From an uncultured virus (IMG/VR IMGVR_UViG_3300046171_000308) (Duplodnaviria; Heunggongvirae; Uroviricota; Caudoviricetes), in IMG/VR virus record IMGVR_UViG_3300046171_000308: a DNA stretch of 64,000 nt. One strand, given 5' to 3'. Each line of letters opens with the position of its first letter. The first letter of the stretch is position 1. The notes under the pieces are model-generated. The model searched no databases. It saw only the letters and a list, made by a program, of their open reading frames with translations, and was not told the DNA's origin. A program made the position numbers and the translations under genes. This document shows positions 1 to 9,276 of this stretch, piece by piece.

Positions 1-330
1 ATAGGCTCCATAAGCCCTAGCCTCTTGTAAGTCATCTCGTATAATTCGCAATGCATCGAGAAGCTCATCTTCTCGTGCGTACATTTTCTTTAACTCAGCA
101 ACAAATAATGGTGCGTCTGCTATCAAGTTTGCATCAGCATCAGAAAACTCAATGACCTTATCCTCAAGGTCAAAGTCAACTACGCTGAATGCTTTAACAT
201 AAGCAATGTATCTGTCATTAGGGCATTTATCATTTGACACGAAATTGTTGTTTATTCTCCAACCAACTTCATTATCACCTTTGGTATGTCCTTTATATCG
301 AGTCAAGTCAATTCTTTTAGTTTCAGACAT
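1..330 (-). CDS. Small hypothetical protein, 3'-truncated by the window edge (MSETKRIDLTRYKGHT...DANLIADAPLFVAELKKMY...); paralog of 323..523
   Basis: Hand translation: open from ATG at 330 to position 1. N- and C-terminal peptides are identical to the adjacent ORF. Confidence 0.8.
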   Translation of the reverse strand, partial: MSETKRIDLTRYKGHTKGDNEVGWRINNNFVSNDKCPNDRYIAYVKAFSVVDFDLEDKVIEFSDADANLIADAPLFVAELKKMYAREDELLDALRIIRDDLQEARAYGAY

Positions 331-408
331 CTTGTAAGTCATCTCGTATAATTCGCAATGCATCGAGAAGTTCGTCTTCTCGTGCGTACATTTTCTTTAA
401 CTCAGCAA
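23..408. repeat. 79-bp direct repeat (23-101 / 330-408, 2 synonymous mismatches) plus a 29-bp repeat (305-333 / 498-526)
   Basis: Direct comparison of the sequences. Confidence 0.95.
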
Positions 409-523
409 TCATGTTCCTAACCAGAGTTTCGACTTGCTCAAATCGAGCAATCGACCAGTTTAGGTCTTGCATAAGCGCATCTTCTTCAAGATGCTCTAAG
501 TCAATTCTTTTAGTTTCAGACAT
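323..523 (-). CDS. Small hypothetical protein, tandem paralog (MSETKRIDL...AELKKMYAREDELLDALRIIRDDLQ)
   Basis: ORF track 323..556. The start at 523 is inferred from identity with the N-terminus of the neighbouring gene. Confidence 0.75.
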   Translation of the reverse strand: MSETKRIDLEHLEEDALMQDLNWSIARFEQVETLVRNMIAELKKMYAREDELLDALRIIRDDLQDV

Positions 524-764
524 CTTTATCGCCTGTGTAAAACGGGAGCCTGGCATATTTCATAAAGTCCATTGGCTCCTTTGTCATTAGTGAGTGCATT
601 CTATCTGCTATAATACACTCCCAATCATCTATATCGTGCCCGATAACTCCGGACAACTCTAATACGAGAGTTGCGTATAACATTTTCAACTCTGCTTGTA
701 TCATTTCATCGGCCATTATTTCTTCAAAAGATGGCCTTTCGTGGTTTTTTTCTTCATTAACCAT
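516..764 (-). CDS. Hypothetical protein
   Basis: 82-aa ORF in a co-oriented block, AATAAG immediately before the ATG. Confidence 0.7.
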   Translation of the reverse strand: MVNEEKNHERPSFEEIMADEMIQAELKMLYATLVLELSGVIGHDIDDWECIIADRMHSLMTKEPMDFMKYARLPFYTGDKDV

Positions 765-773
765 ACTTATTGC

Positions 774-1820
774 TCACCAATGCAAATCAACTATTGCATT
801 CTCTGATATTTTATAATCAGGGCGATAGATTTTTCCTATATGTGGTAAGCGTTTGTACTTATTTACACGGAGGTTTTCATTTTCCTCCATTAAGGTACAT
901 AGGGAAATATTCCCTGCTCTTGGTACTATTTCTTCTAAATAGTAATTGAATTTCTCTAATGTTGATACATCTATAGAATGCTGTGAATAGGGGCAAATAG
1001 CTATTCGCCCAAAAGCATCTATCGACAGCTGACCATGGCCAGCATCACATTGTGAATCACCCTTTACATACGACATACAATAGTCGATTAAAAAGCCAGG
1101 TGCGTCTCCGGACAGTGCTTCTAATGCACTACTGTAAACATCTTGGCCAGATAAGTAATCTGGGTCATATTGGTTATTAGCACTAGTTATTACATCAACC
1201 GCGAGGCTGTGAATTAGTCCCAATCTCATAACACTCGCAACTCTTAATGGGGGTAAATTAAGTGGCTTAGGCCACAAAGTTGTTGTGTAGTCAAATGTTT
1301 CCATTAGGAAATTTCTCATTTCATAATTAGCCAAAAAACTAACGATAGTATCTTTACTAACGCTAAGATTGCAATTAGTCTCGATATTCATATCTTGTAG
1401 CCTTGTTACACTCTTAGTAACTTTCTTGGCATATCTAGCCCAGTCTTTGCTTGCTCGATATTCGTCTATAGAAATAGCGATAATATCGACGCCATGCTCT
1501 GGGCGTATTTTATCTACAACGTTTAATGTCGTAGTTATATTAATTATCATATTGTACTCCTTTGCTATAGGAGCCAATAGTTGTAACCAGTAGAGAGGGT
1601 CTTTAACACCGGTAACTCCTCTAAGAGGATTAATCGGCATAGATAATTCTTCAAATCCATGTTCTCCAGCTGCTCGTACTATTTCTACCCAATAAGAATC
1701 TGGTAAGCGAAACATTTTGTCTGTGTCGCTTTTATCCTTTAGTAAGTAGCAATCATCTCGACAAACTTTGTCGAAAGAGCAGTCAAAAGTCGGGTGGATA
1801 AAAAGTCTCTTTCTCACCAT
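774..1820 (-). CDS. Radical SAM-like protein with SPASM/twitch-like C-terminus
   Basis: N-terminal Cys cluster CSFDKVCRDDCY, IAISID strand, C-terminal CDAGHGQLSIDAFGRIAICPY. Confidence 0.65.
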   Translation of the reverse strand: MVRKRLFIHPTFDCSFDKVCRDDCYLLKDKSDTDKMFRLPDSYWVEIVRAAGEHGFEELSMPINPLRGVTGVKDPLYWLQLLAPIAKEYNMIINITTTLNVVDKIRPEHGVDIIAISIDEYRASKDWARYAKKVTKSVTRLQDMNIETNCNLSVSKDTIVSFLANYEMRNFLMETFDYTTTLWPKPLNLPPLRVASVMRLGLIHSLAVDVITSANNQYDPDYLSGQDVYSSALEALSGDAPGFLIDYCMSYVKGDSQCDAGHGQLSIDAFGRIAICPYSQHSIDVSTLEKFNYYLEEIVPRAGNISLCTLMEENENLRVNKYKRLPHIGKIYRPDYKISENAIVDLHW

Positions 1821-2026
1821 TTTAGTCCCTCTACTTTTTTCAATTTATTTATTTCAGTCACTTATTGGCGGTGGTTAGCACCATCTTCGCCATTGGAATG
1901 TCCATTCTACACCAAACGCCACTCGGTATTCTTGTAATAAGAATTCCTTTGAGTTATGTTCGTCTGCTGTATCTATGTGTTCCCATTCGTTGTTTTGGTA
2001 TTTAGCCCAAAGATATGGGTTTTTTA

Positions 2027-2428
2027 TCATTCTTCTTCATCCGCCTTCTTTACGGGCATATGAGTGAGCTTGTAAAAGCCCTTTCCTCTTTCCTCCATAT
2101 CATCGACATGGGGGGCAGGGCTTTGGTTTGTAGGTACGCTTAGGTAATGTCCGGTCTCATTGACGCGGGATTCCATTACAAAGCCACCTCTTGGGTCTGC
2201 GACTGATATTCTAGTCGAAACCTCTTCTTCATATTCATCATTTTTTATTATTATTGATGCGCTGTTGTGGTGGTGAGTTCCATAGTCTTCCTTACCCATC
2301 TCAAATAGCTGGGCGGTAATCCATTCCTCATCATCTTCTTCTACTATTGTAGTAGCATATCTTTGACCATTCTTGTCAGTATATATCTGCCAATGGTCAT
2401 CTAATTCAATCCTTATTTCGATTGTCAC
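2027..2428 (-). CDS. Hypothetical protein
   Basis: 133-aa ORF, GTG start embedded in GATAAGTG. Confidence 0.7.
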   Translation of the reverse strand: MTIEIRIELDDHWQIYTDKNGQRYATTIVEEDDEEWITAQLFEMGKEDYGTHHHNSASIIIKNDEYEEEVSTRISVADPRGGFVMESRVNETGHYLSVPTNQSPAPHVDDMEERGKGFYKLTHMPVKKADEEE

Positions 2429-2437
2429 TTATCAGGC

Positions 2438-3031
2438 TTATTTGCCTGCCTTCTTCTTCATAGGAGGAGAAGGGTTATTTGTTAAATGGTGTAAATCGTT
2501 CTCCTTTGGGAGAACCGAATACACAATGTGGTACACATCATAATTTCTCTGTATACGCTTCAAAGCGTCTACAAGGTTACCCAAGTGTACTGTACTGTCG
2601 TCTTCGTCCATCCAGCCAGATTTTTTTATCATCTTGCCGATATATTGGTCCTCAATTTCATTCCAATCAGTTTCATTAACTAAGTGGTAATGAAGCTCTG
2701 AAATACGCAGAGCTAGTTCTGTTTTAACTAAACCAGGGTATTGCTCAAAAAGCTGGTCAATATCTTTTATACTGAACCCCAGAGTTTTTAGTTTGTCTTT
2801 AGGAATATCTGACTTGTAACCACAACGGGTTAGCCATCTGTTTAGATATCCTTCTGCCTGGGCTATTTTCATCCAGTTCTCGTTTTGCGCTAGTTCTTGA
2901 TAGCATCCAATAGTGTGTTTCAGGTTTTGATGTTCCTTACTGTATTGGTCTATCCTAGCTAATATAGCATTTGCTTCAGTTCCACTGGAACCAATCATGC
3001 TTTTATCTGATAGTCTATTTACAACTGTCAT
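2438..3031 (-). CDS. Hypothetical protein
   Basis: ORF track 2438..3046; start moved to the ATG directly after the ATAAG element. Confidence 0.7.
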   Translation of the reverse strand: MTVVNRLSDKSMIGSSGTEANAILARIDQYSKEHQNLKHTIGCYQELAQNENWMKIAQAEGYLNRWLTRCGYKSDIPKDKLKTLGFSIKDIDQLFEQYPGLVKTELALRISELHYHLVNETDWNEIEDQYIGKMIKKSGWMDEDDSTVHLGNLVDALKRIQRNYDVYHIVYSVLPKENDLHHLTNNPSPPMKKKAGK

Positions 3032-3039
3032 ACTTATAC

Positions 3040-4179
3040 TCACCATAGTGAATCTGGAACTTGAAAATCATCTAGCTCTTCGTAGCTAATAATTTTACAA
3101 GGCCGTCCTTTGTGGTGAATTGTTCCGGGCAGTCGAATAATTCTTCTAGGGTCTCTAGTAACTTCATAGTCAACTAGAATTCCTTCTGCCTTTAGTTCTT
3201 CTATGTACTCGGTTTTAATTGTCTTGTGCAATTTCTGCAAGTACACTGAGGGCACTTTATTGCCCTTCATGATATTTTCATATATCTGTTGATGGCGCGG
3301 GCTTGCTTTAGAAATATCCCAGCCATACCATATTACATGAAAACCCTTACCACCGCTAAACACGATAGTTAGGTCTTCAGGAGTAACGTTAAATTTTTTC
3401 ATCAGCCAATGAACTACTCGTTTAGTCATCTGTGCCGAGTCGTCAAATGAGTCCATTTTAAAATCTACATCGAAGTACAACTCTTGTCCTAAGAATGTAT
3501 TATTGTAATGTCTCATAAGTCCTTTTTTCTTGAACTTCTTGTATCCTGATTTAGAGTTAGGGTCTGGCCCTACACTCCTTGGATTCAGGAATTTAGAAGT
3601 CATGTAGAATACTTTTAGCGGCTTCATTTCTCTAAGCCGCCTAAGTAACGCTTTCTTACCTTCTTGAGTATTGCGAAAGTTATCAAAAACTTTCTTCCAT
3701 ACCAACTTACGACTTTTACTATCCCATACTTGGAATCTAAACTGCCGCCATTGTGATTGCGGAGGAAGCCACATGTCATTGAATGTCATGCTATCATACG
3801 CATTGCCAACAATTGTAGTTAGCAATTCATAGCGCTGACGCACCTCCTCTTTGTACTCAGGAGTGTCTTCTAGCGAAGCTGTCATAGCTCGATTAACACT
3901 CTCAATGAGAATCTGCCCAATTGGTTTATCTGGACAATCACAATCATTCTGCCCAGTTCGGTCACAAGCTGGGTGATGGTTTTTTGGAAAATACTGTGTT
4001 AGAAGTCCCATCGCTATTGCCGGATTCCTGAAAAAAGAAGACACCTCGTAACTGTGGTGTTCACATCTTATTTCTCCTGGCGGACAGGTTATTTTGCACC
4101 TATTGCCATCTTTTTTGATAGCGGTGCATTTAGTATTTTTTGTAGTCCACACTAGGTGGTGGTTCCTGACACATGTCAA
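3040..4179 (-). CDS. priS: Archaeo-eukaryotic primase, PriS-like, with N-terminal Cys/His-rich extension
   Basis: AEP motifs ELYFDVD, FSGGKGFHV and DPRRIIRLPGTIH; N-terminal CTAIKKDGNRCK...CEHH. Confidence 0.9.
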   Translation of the reverse strand: MTCVRNHHLVWTTKNTKCTAIKKDGNRCKITCPPGEIRCEHHSYEVSSFFRNPAIAMGLLTQYFPKNHHPACDRTGQNDCDCPDKPIGQILIESVNRAMTASLEDTPEYKEEVRQRYELLTTIVGNAYDSMTFNDMWLPPQSQWRQFRFQVWDSKSRKLVWKKVFDNFRNTQEGKKALLRRLREMKPLKVFYMTSKFLNPRSVGPDPNSKSGYKKFKKKGLMRHYNNTFLGQELYFDVDFKMDSFDDSAQMTKRVVHWLMKKFNVTPEDLTIVFSGGKGFHVIWYGWDISKASPRHQQIYENIMKGNKVPSVYLQKLHKTIKTEYIEELKAEGILVDYEVTRDPRRIIRLPGTIHHKGRPCKIISYEELDDFQVPDSLW

Positions 4180-4364
4180 AAATTATACAAAACTAAAGCG
4201 TATCTAAGTTTTGCGAATCATGCAAAACTGCGAGTAACAAGGCTTTCAGCGTTGCGTATTTTGGCGCTCGTCACATATCGTTTGCGAATCTTAACGCCGC
4301 GAGCAGTTTTGCAGGGGTGTGATTCGCAAAACTCTTCGTATCTGGTTAATTTTGACATGTGTCA
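4167..4364. repeat. Large imperfect inverted repeat upstream of the primase (candidate origin or regulatory cruciform)
   Basis: Outer arms TGACACATGTCAAAA (4167) / TTTTGACATGTGTCA (ending 4364); inner arms 4207-4231 / 4303-4333; TTTGCGAATC three times. Confidence 0.8.
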
Positions 4365-4437
4365 AGCACGGTTGACAAATATTTCATTGGCCGAAGCCTC
4401 ATTACTAGCATAAGCTAGTCAGTTCCACCTTATGTCA

Positions 4438-5787
4438 CTATTCAGTGACTGGTTCTATATCAAAAGACAAAAGCCTACTAATCCGCGTGTTAATACGGGT
4501 TCTTTCAGCTTCACTCGTCCGTTCATCGGGAGTCCATACATTAGCTAGACGCCCAGAAAGTTGAGTCTTAACTTCTTGATATGCCGCCGTAGCTTTAGAC
4601 ACCGTTTCAGCATCTAAGTCTATTGTGGCTTTGCCAAGAGCTTTGACAACCTCCTTTCTTTTTTCGTTGAGTAGTTCTTCATCAATTTCTCCATTTTTTA
4701 GCATTTGTTGCACAAGCTCGTAATACTTTGCCTGTGCCCCTTGCATATTTTCAATATACATTACTTTGATATCGTCAAGCTGAGCTTTAGACGAACCATA
4801 AGTAAGGATTCTCATAGCAGAGCGAGAATGTGAAGGGATAGGAATTTCTTCGTCTCCTTCCACATTAGTGTCCCACCATGCTTCTCCAGCGACCCACATC
4901 GCATCAGTATTAGCTTCATTAGCCATATCAGAAAATTTAGTAACAACTTCCTGCATCCTTTCTAGGTAAGCTAACCTTTCCTTACGAGGGTCGTGAATAA
5001 AGTAATTAGCACCGCTAGAAGCATGGGGTAAAATTCCTCCATAACTTTCTTTCAACACGGTTCTTACTTTCTTTCTTAGTTTATCATCATCTAAGCAGGT
5101 ACATGCCTGCACAAATGCATCTCTAAGGCGTTCTTGCGCCAAGCGCATAAAACGTCCATCTTCAGGTATACTGGAAGCCTTCATCGGTTCTACAATAACT
5201 AAGTTACGTAGTTCGTTAGTATTAGGTTCTATTCCAGTATCCCAGATATATGCTCGGTATTCTTTTGACCAGTTACGGGCAAAAGAGCTGGCGCTGTTTG
5301 ATGATAGTCTAATCCGATAAACAGTACTTTCGTATATCTGCTTTTTAGGTTGACCATCGACAAAGCCTTCTCTAGTTTTTCTCAGAGCATATTCTCTATT
5401 TCTTTCTAGGGGGATTACACTCCATTGTAGTGTGTATCCATATTCCCCGTTTTGTTTTACTCGCATTTTTTCTGGATTATTAGTAAGAGGGTCTTCTGGG
5501 TCGTCCATAACAACCTTCTTACTTTTACTTTGTAATGATTTAACCGCTAGAGAGAAGGCACTGCCTCCTGTTCTAGCATTTGGAACCAAGCTCTTGAATT
5601 TTTGATTGAATTCAACTCTTGTATCTTCTTCGTAATCATCGCGCATTGTCTGCACAAAGTGGTCCATTTTTACACTACCATCGTAAATTGCAAAGCTTAC
5701 TAGAAAGCCTATAGATGGTAAACTCGTGTTTGCGAGTACTACTCCGTCTTCGGAGTTTATTTCGTTATTCAGATTTTCTTCTGACAT
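4438..5787 (-). CDS. Hypothetical protein, possibly DUF3150/DUF6744-like mobile-element protein
   Basis: 449 aa; N-terminal GFLVSFAI and central SSGANYFI segments resemble that family; helical C-terminus. Confidence 0.45.
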   Translation of the reverse strand: MSEENLNNEINSEDGVVLANTSLPSIGFLVSFAIYDGSVKMDHFVQTMRDDYEEDTRVEFNQKFKSLVPNARTGGSAFSLAVKSLQSKSKKVVMDDPEDPLTNNPEKMRVKQNGEYGYTLQWSVIPLERNREYALRKTREGFVDGQPKKQIYESTVYRIRLSSNSASSFARNWSKEYRAYIWDTGIEPNTNELRNLVIVEPMKASSIPEDGRFMRLAQERLRDAFVQACTCLDDDKLRKKVRTVLKESYGGILPHASSGANYFIHDPRKERLAYLERMQEVVTKFSDMANEANTDAMWVAGEAWWDTNVEGDEEIPIPSHSRSAMRILTYGSSKAQLDDIKVMYIENMQGAQAKYYELVQQMLKNGEIDEELLNEKRKEVVKALGKATIDLDAETVSKATAAYQEVKTQLSGRLANVWTPDERTSEAERTRINTRISRLLSFDIEPVTE

Positions 5788-5803
5788 TTCACTCTTATTG
5801 GGC

Positions 5804-7540
5804 TTAACCCAGCCTCCATAAGGCTGAACTTGGTCCCGTGTTAGTTGGCATTGTAGATGTTTTATTACCTACATAATTAGCCCTGACTTCGTCGTATGCT
5901 ACATTTAGTTGTGTTAGCATTTTACGAATAGTAATTATTTCATTACACTCGTCTCCGAATCCTGCAGTGTAATCTTTACGACCTTTATCATGGCCGAGAG
6001 AACACTTTTCTACACGCCTAACTAAGTAGAGGCCAGGAGGTATAGCGAGGTTGACGGTTTCATCCGAACAATGCCCGTAACATCCTACTCCATCTACATA
6101 AGTGTCGTTTGACGTAACTTTGATTCCGGTGTCGATGTTTAGAATTATATCTGGCATACTAGGCATTAGCAAGTCACTAAGTAACTCTGCCCCAACCAGT
6201 TTTTTATCAGGTGCGCCCAAACGACGCAATTCTAAATGTCCAACTTGTAGAGGCTTAACCTCCACATGCGGTTTTTCAATATTATTGAAATCCTCTAAGC
6301 TCATTGGTAGTCTGGGTAATTCGATTAACCATTCTGAATGAGACTTAATATTAGGTAGACAATCACTCATATGAGTACTAAGCGCGTACTCATTTGCTAG
6401 TGAAAAGAAAGATATTCCATTATGTTTTATAGATTCTATCCCTTCGTATTTTCCTTTGTAGGTTCCTTGCGAAGGCCTTTTCTTAGTTCTGTCTGTTACC
6501 TTTTGTTTGTATTTTATTTCCAAGATTGGCTGTGTGGATTCCCTTGACAGGGCAGTCCTGAGTCCAGGTATAAAGTAGTTAAATACTAAACCATGAATCT
6601 TGGGATATAATAGGTGACCACCTTGACCACCGTTCCCATTGTTTGTAGGTCGGTTGTCATAAGAAGGTCGTTCCCAGGAAACGTACAAGTAGAACTTATG
6701 TAAATCAGAGTTAGTACTGCCGATATTAAGTGAAATATCAAAGTCACTAACCGCTGCTTTCTCGTAAATCAATTTTGTTCTTCTTGAGTTCCCATAATGT
6801 GAGGCAATTTTACTTGGTGCCCACCAAGATACAGTAGATTGAGGCATGATATCTCCCACAATTCTGTGGTCTATACCGGTTCTCGCTCCTAACTGCAAAT
6901 CGTATGTACGATTTTTACCAACTACAAATGAGTCTGGTTCGTTATGAACGTGGTTGACTATTTGCTTATGCAACTCCATATTTAGGTTTTCTAGTTGTTC
7001 GCTAGTCACTTCAATAGGGTATAATGCTGGTCTCATGTCCGGATTCCATCCACCTTGGTCTGGATTAAACGGACGTTCTGCCACAAACCTTTGTAGTATT
7101 GATTTAACTTCAGGTATGTGGTCTGTATATGCAGTATTTTTAATATCCGCCATAACTATTCGGCTGAAAGTTTGATAATTTCTGCCACTAAGGTTATAGC
7201 TATTATTTTCATAAATTAGTAACTGCCTTTGATACTTTACTGTGTACGTTCCCTCAGAAATATTTACTTCTGGAGTACAGTACTCTAATGTATCTTTTTC
7301 GCTACCCAAATGCAAAATTGTCATTGGGCGTCCCGAACTATAATAGGCTTCAGAAGACACTCTTCGTGGTAATCCACTACAAAGCAGTAGACCTTCTATA
7401 TCACCTCTATCGGGTTCATTATTTTCTCCTTTTATCACTGTGTTTGAATCGTTCGTAACAAATCTACTAAATTGTAAACTTGTCCTACTGGCATCTAAAA
7501 ACAGTGAAGGATATTTCAAAAACATTTCAATTTTATCCAT
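5804..7540 (-). CDS. Hypothetical protein
   Basis: Long ORF (track 5804..7570); start placed at the ATG after TATAAGT. Confidence 0.8.
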   Translation of the reverse strand: MDKIEMFLKYPSLFLDASRTSLQFSRFVTNDSNTVIKGENNEPDRGDIEGLLLCSGLPRRVSSEAYYSSGRPMTILHLGSEKDTLEYCTPEVNISEGTYTVKYQRQLLIYENNSYNLSGRNYQTFSRIVMADIKNTAYTDHIPEVKSILQRFVAERPFNPDQGGWNPDMRPALYPIEVTSEQLENLNMELHKQIVNHVHNEPDSFVVGKNRTYDLQLGARTGIDHRIVGDIMPQSTVSWWAPSKIASHYGNSRRTKLIYEKAAVSDFDISLNIGSTNSDLHKFYLYVSWERPSYDNRPTNNGNGGQGGHLLYPKIHGLVFNYFIPGLRTALSRESTQPILEIKYKQKVTDRTKKRPSQGTYKGKYEGIESIKHNGISFFSLANEYALSTHMSDCLPNIKSHSEWLIELPRLPMSLEDFNNIEKPHVEVKPLQVGHLELRRLGAPDKKLVGAELLSDLLMPSMPDIILNIDTGIKVTSNDTYVDGVGCYGHCSDETVNLAIPPGLYLVRRVEKCSLGHDKGRKDYTAGFGDECNEIITIRKMLTQLNVAYDEVRANYVGNKTSTMPTNTGPSSALWRLG

Positions 7541-7590
7541 ACTTATAGCCACCAAGACCCTGAACTTCAAGGTTTGGTGACGTGACTAAG

Positions 7591-7989
7591 TTAGCCGAAC
7601 AAACTTCGTACAATATCAAAGTCGCCTTCTTCGGCTGCTGTAGATGTAGAGCTTTCGGGGTTGTCTTCTATTTCGACCTTTTCCTCGAAGTATCTTAGCG
7701 CTGCTACATTATTGTCTCCCGGCCAAATTTGTAACTTTGGCAGGATTTTAGCGCTCAATTTTTGTTCTTCAGCGCTCATTTTTTCACTATCTAGGTAATT
7801 ACTACCTATAGTATTTTTTGCTAGCTCATGTCGCTGTTTTGCGTGAGCTAATAATTTTTCTAGTGCTGAAATAGTGAAAGCGTCAATTTTCGCTTCCAAC
7901 ACAGCTACTTTCTCACCAGTAGAACGAACCGTTTTGTTACGCGGCCATAATTTGGTGATATGATTAGTTTTTCTATCTATAACTACCAT
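7591..7989 (-). CDS. Hypothetical protein with acidic tail
   Basis: ORF track 7591..8007; CAATAAGAATG start. Confidence 0.7.
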   Translation of the reverse strand: MVVIDRKTNHITKLWPRNKTVRSTGEKVAVLEAKIDAFTISALEKLLAHAKQRHELAKNTIGSNYLDSEKMSAEEQKLSAKILPKLQIWPGDNNVAALRYFEEKVEIEDNPESSTSTAAEEGDFDIVRSLFG

Positions 7990-7999
7990 TCTTATTGGC

Positions 8000-8224
8000 T
8001 TAGCCAAGCGCAGGAAATTCTGTATCGTCTAAAAGACCATACTCTTCCTGATACCGCTTTAGCTCTTCTGCCATTTTTAGTACATGTTCCTTGCGTTGCT
8101 TATCTAATTCTTCACGTGCTTTCTCGGCATCTTGAATTCTTAGCAGCTGCGCTGACAAGTAGATGTTTAGGTCAAGAGCTTCCTCTAGACCCATTTCAGT
8201 CCATGAGTCAATTTCTGTCCCCAT
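8000..8224 (-). CDS. Small coiled-coil protein
   Basis: 74-aa co-oriented ORF. Confidence 0.6.
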   Translation of the reverse strand: MGTEIDSWTEMGLEEALDLNIYLSAQLLRIQDAEKAREELDKQRKEHVLKMAEELKRYQEEYGLLDDTEFPALG

Positions 8225-8320
8225 GTTCTAGTGTCATCCTGTACTCTGAGTCCATGTCCATAGGCTTTCTTGCCCTTCTTCATGCGCTCTTTTATTAGTT
8301 TTATAATTCTCTTATTATCA

Positions 8321-8845
8321 TCAGACATAGCCACTCACCAACGTATGTGTGCATAAGCCGGTTAATAGGCTAACTGCACGTGTTAAGTCGTTAGTAGCCG
8401 ATGAACCAGTAATTCTGTAGTCATCAAGCCACCATTGTGGGTAAATAGCAAAATGCCTGAAGTAGTGTCCGAAGTTTAACGGTTTAAGGTCATAACGTTC
8501 GATTACTTCAGGGCATAAATAGACAATAATATCTACAAGACCCAAGTCTCTAGTTTTATCGTCTTTTTCTGATTGTATATTTAGTGTTACATACATAGGA
8601 ACCTCTTGGTTTTTATTAGAATACACTCGCTCGATAACTTTCAAACGTAGTGTTTTTCTAACAAAAGGATGAACTTTAGTAATTTCATCCCCATCTTTGG
8701 GTCCATTCAAAGCAAAATCCATGGGAGAAAAGAAAACTCTTTCTCCAGTTTTGCTAAACTCGCCTCGTATGTAAGGGAGTTCGTTTTGATAAACAATAGA
8801 AGGCGATATAATCTCGCCTCCATCTCGTTCAATTAAGCGACTCAT
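8321..8845 (-). CDS. Hypothetical protein
   Basis: 174-aa ORF, ATGA overlap with the upstream gene. Confidence 0.75.
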   Translation of the reverse strand: MSRLIERDGGEIISPSIVYQNELPYIRGEFSKTGERVFFSPMDFALNGPKDGDEITKVHPFVRKTLRLKVIERVYSNKNQEVPMYVTLNIQSEKDDKTRDLGLVDIIVYLCPEVIERYDLKPLNFGHYFRHFAIYPQWWLDDYRITGSSATNDLTRAVSLLTGLCTHTLVSGYV

Positions 8846-9261
8846 TGGTGAGCCACCGTTGGTATTTCGGCACTTATGTCATAATAGTCCAAAGTTACCG
8901 TTCCATTTTGTTTCCATTGGTTGTATCTATACAGAGAGTCATCTATCGCCCGTTGCAAATCGTATATTACTTTGCGCTTAGCGTAATTAAATCTAGATGC
9001 CCTTGAACATACCATGTCAAATTCTTCTTTGTATTGCCAAAAAGGGCTTTTTGTAGTTTCACCCATTCGCGCACAAAGCGCATTAAATCTTTGGTCAAAC
9101 AATTCTGGCATCTCTTTAATAAGACGCTCTTTAATCATATGTGGTGTATTTATTCCAATAGATAATATTGGTTTAATGATATCTCGAGCCCGGGGAGGAA
9201 TGTCCTCCCACAGGTCATGGTGATATCTCCAACCTATTCTTGTGTTGTTCTTCAACTTCAT
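8842..9261 (-). CDS. Hypothetical protein
   Basis: 139-aa ORF preceded by TAATAAG. Confidence 0.75.
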   Translation of the reverse strand: MKLKNNTRIGWRYHHDLWEDIPPRARDIIKPILSIGINTPHMIKERLIKEMPELFDQRFNALCARMGETTKSPFWQYKEEFDMVCSRASRFNYAKRKVIYDLQRAIDDSLYRYNQWKQNGTVTLDYYDISAEIPTVAHQ

Positions 9262-9276
9262 TTTTACTCTTATTAC

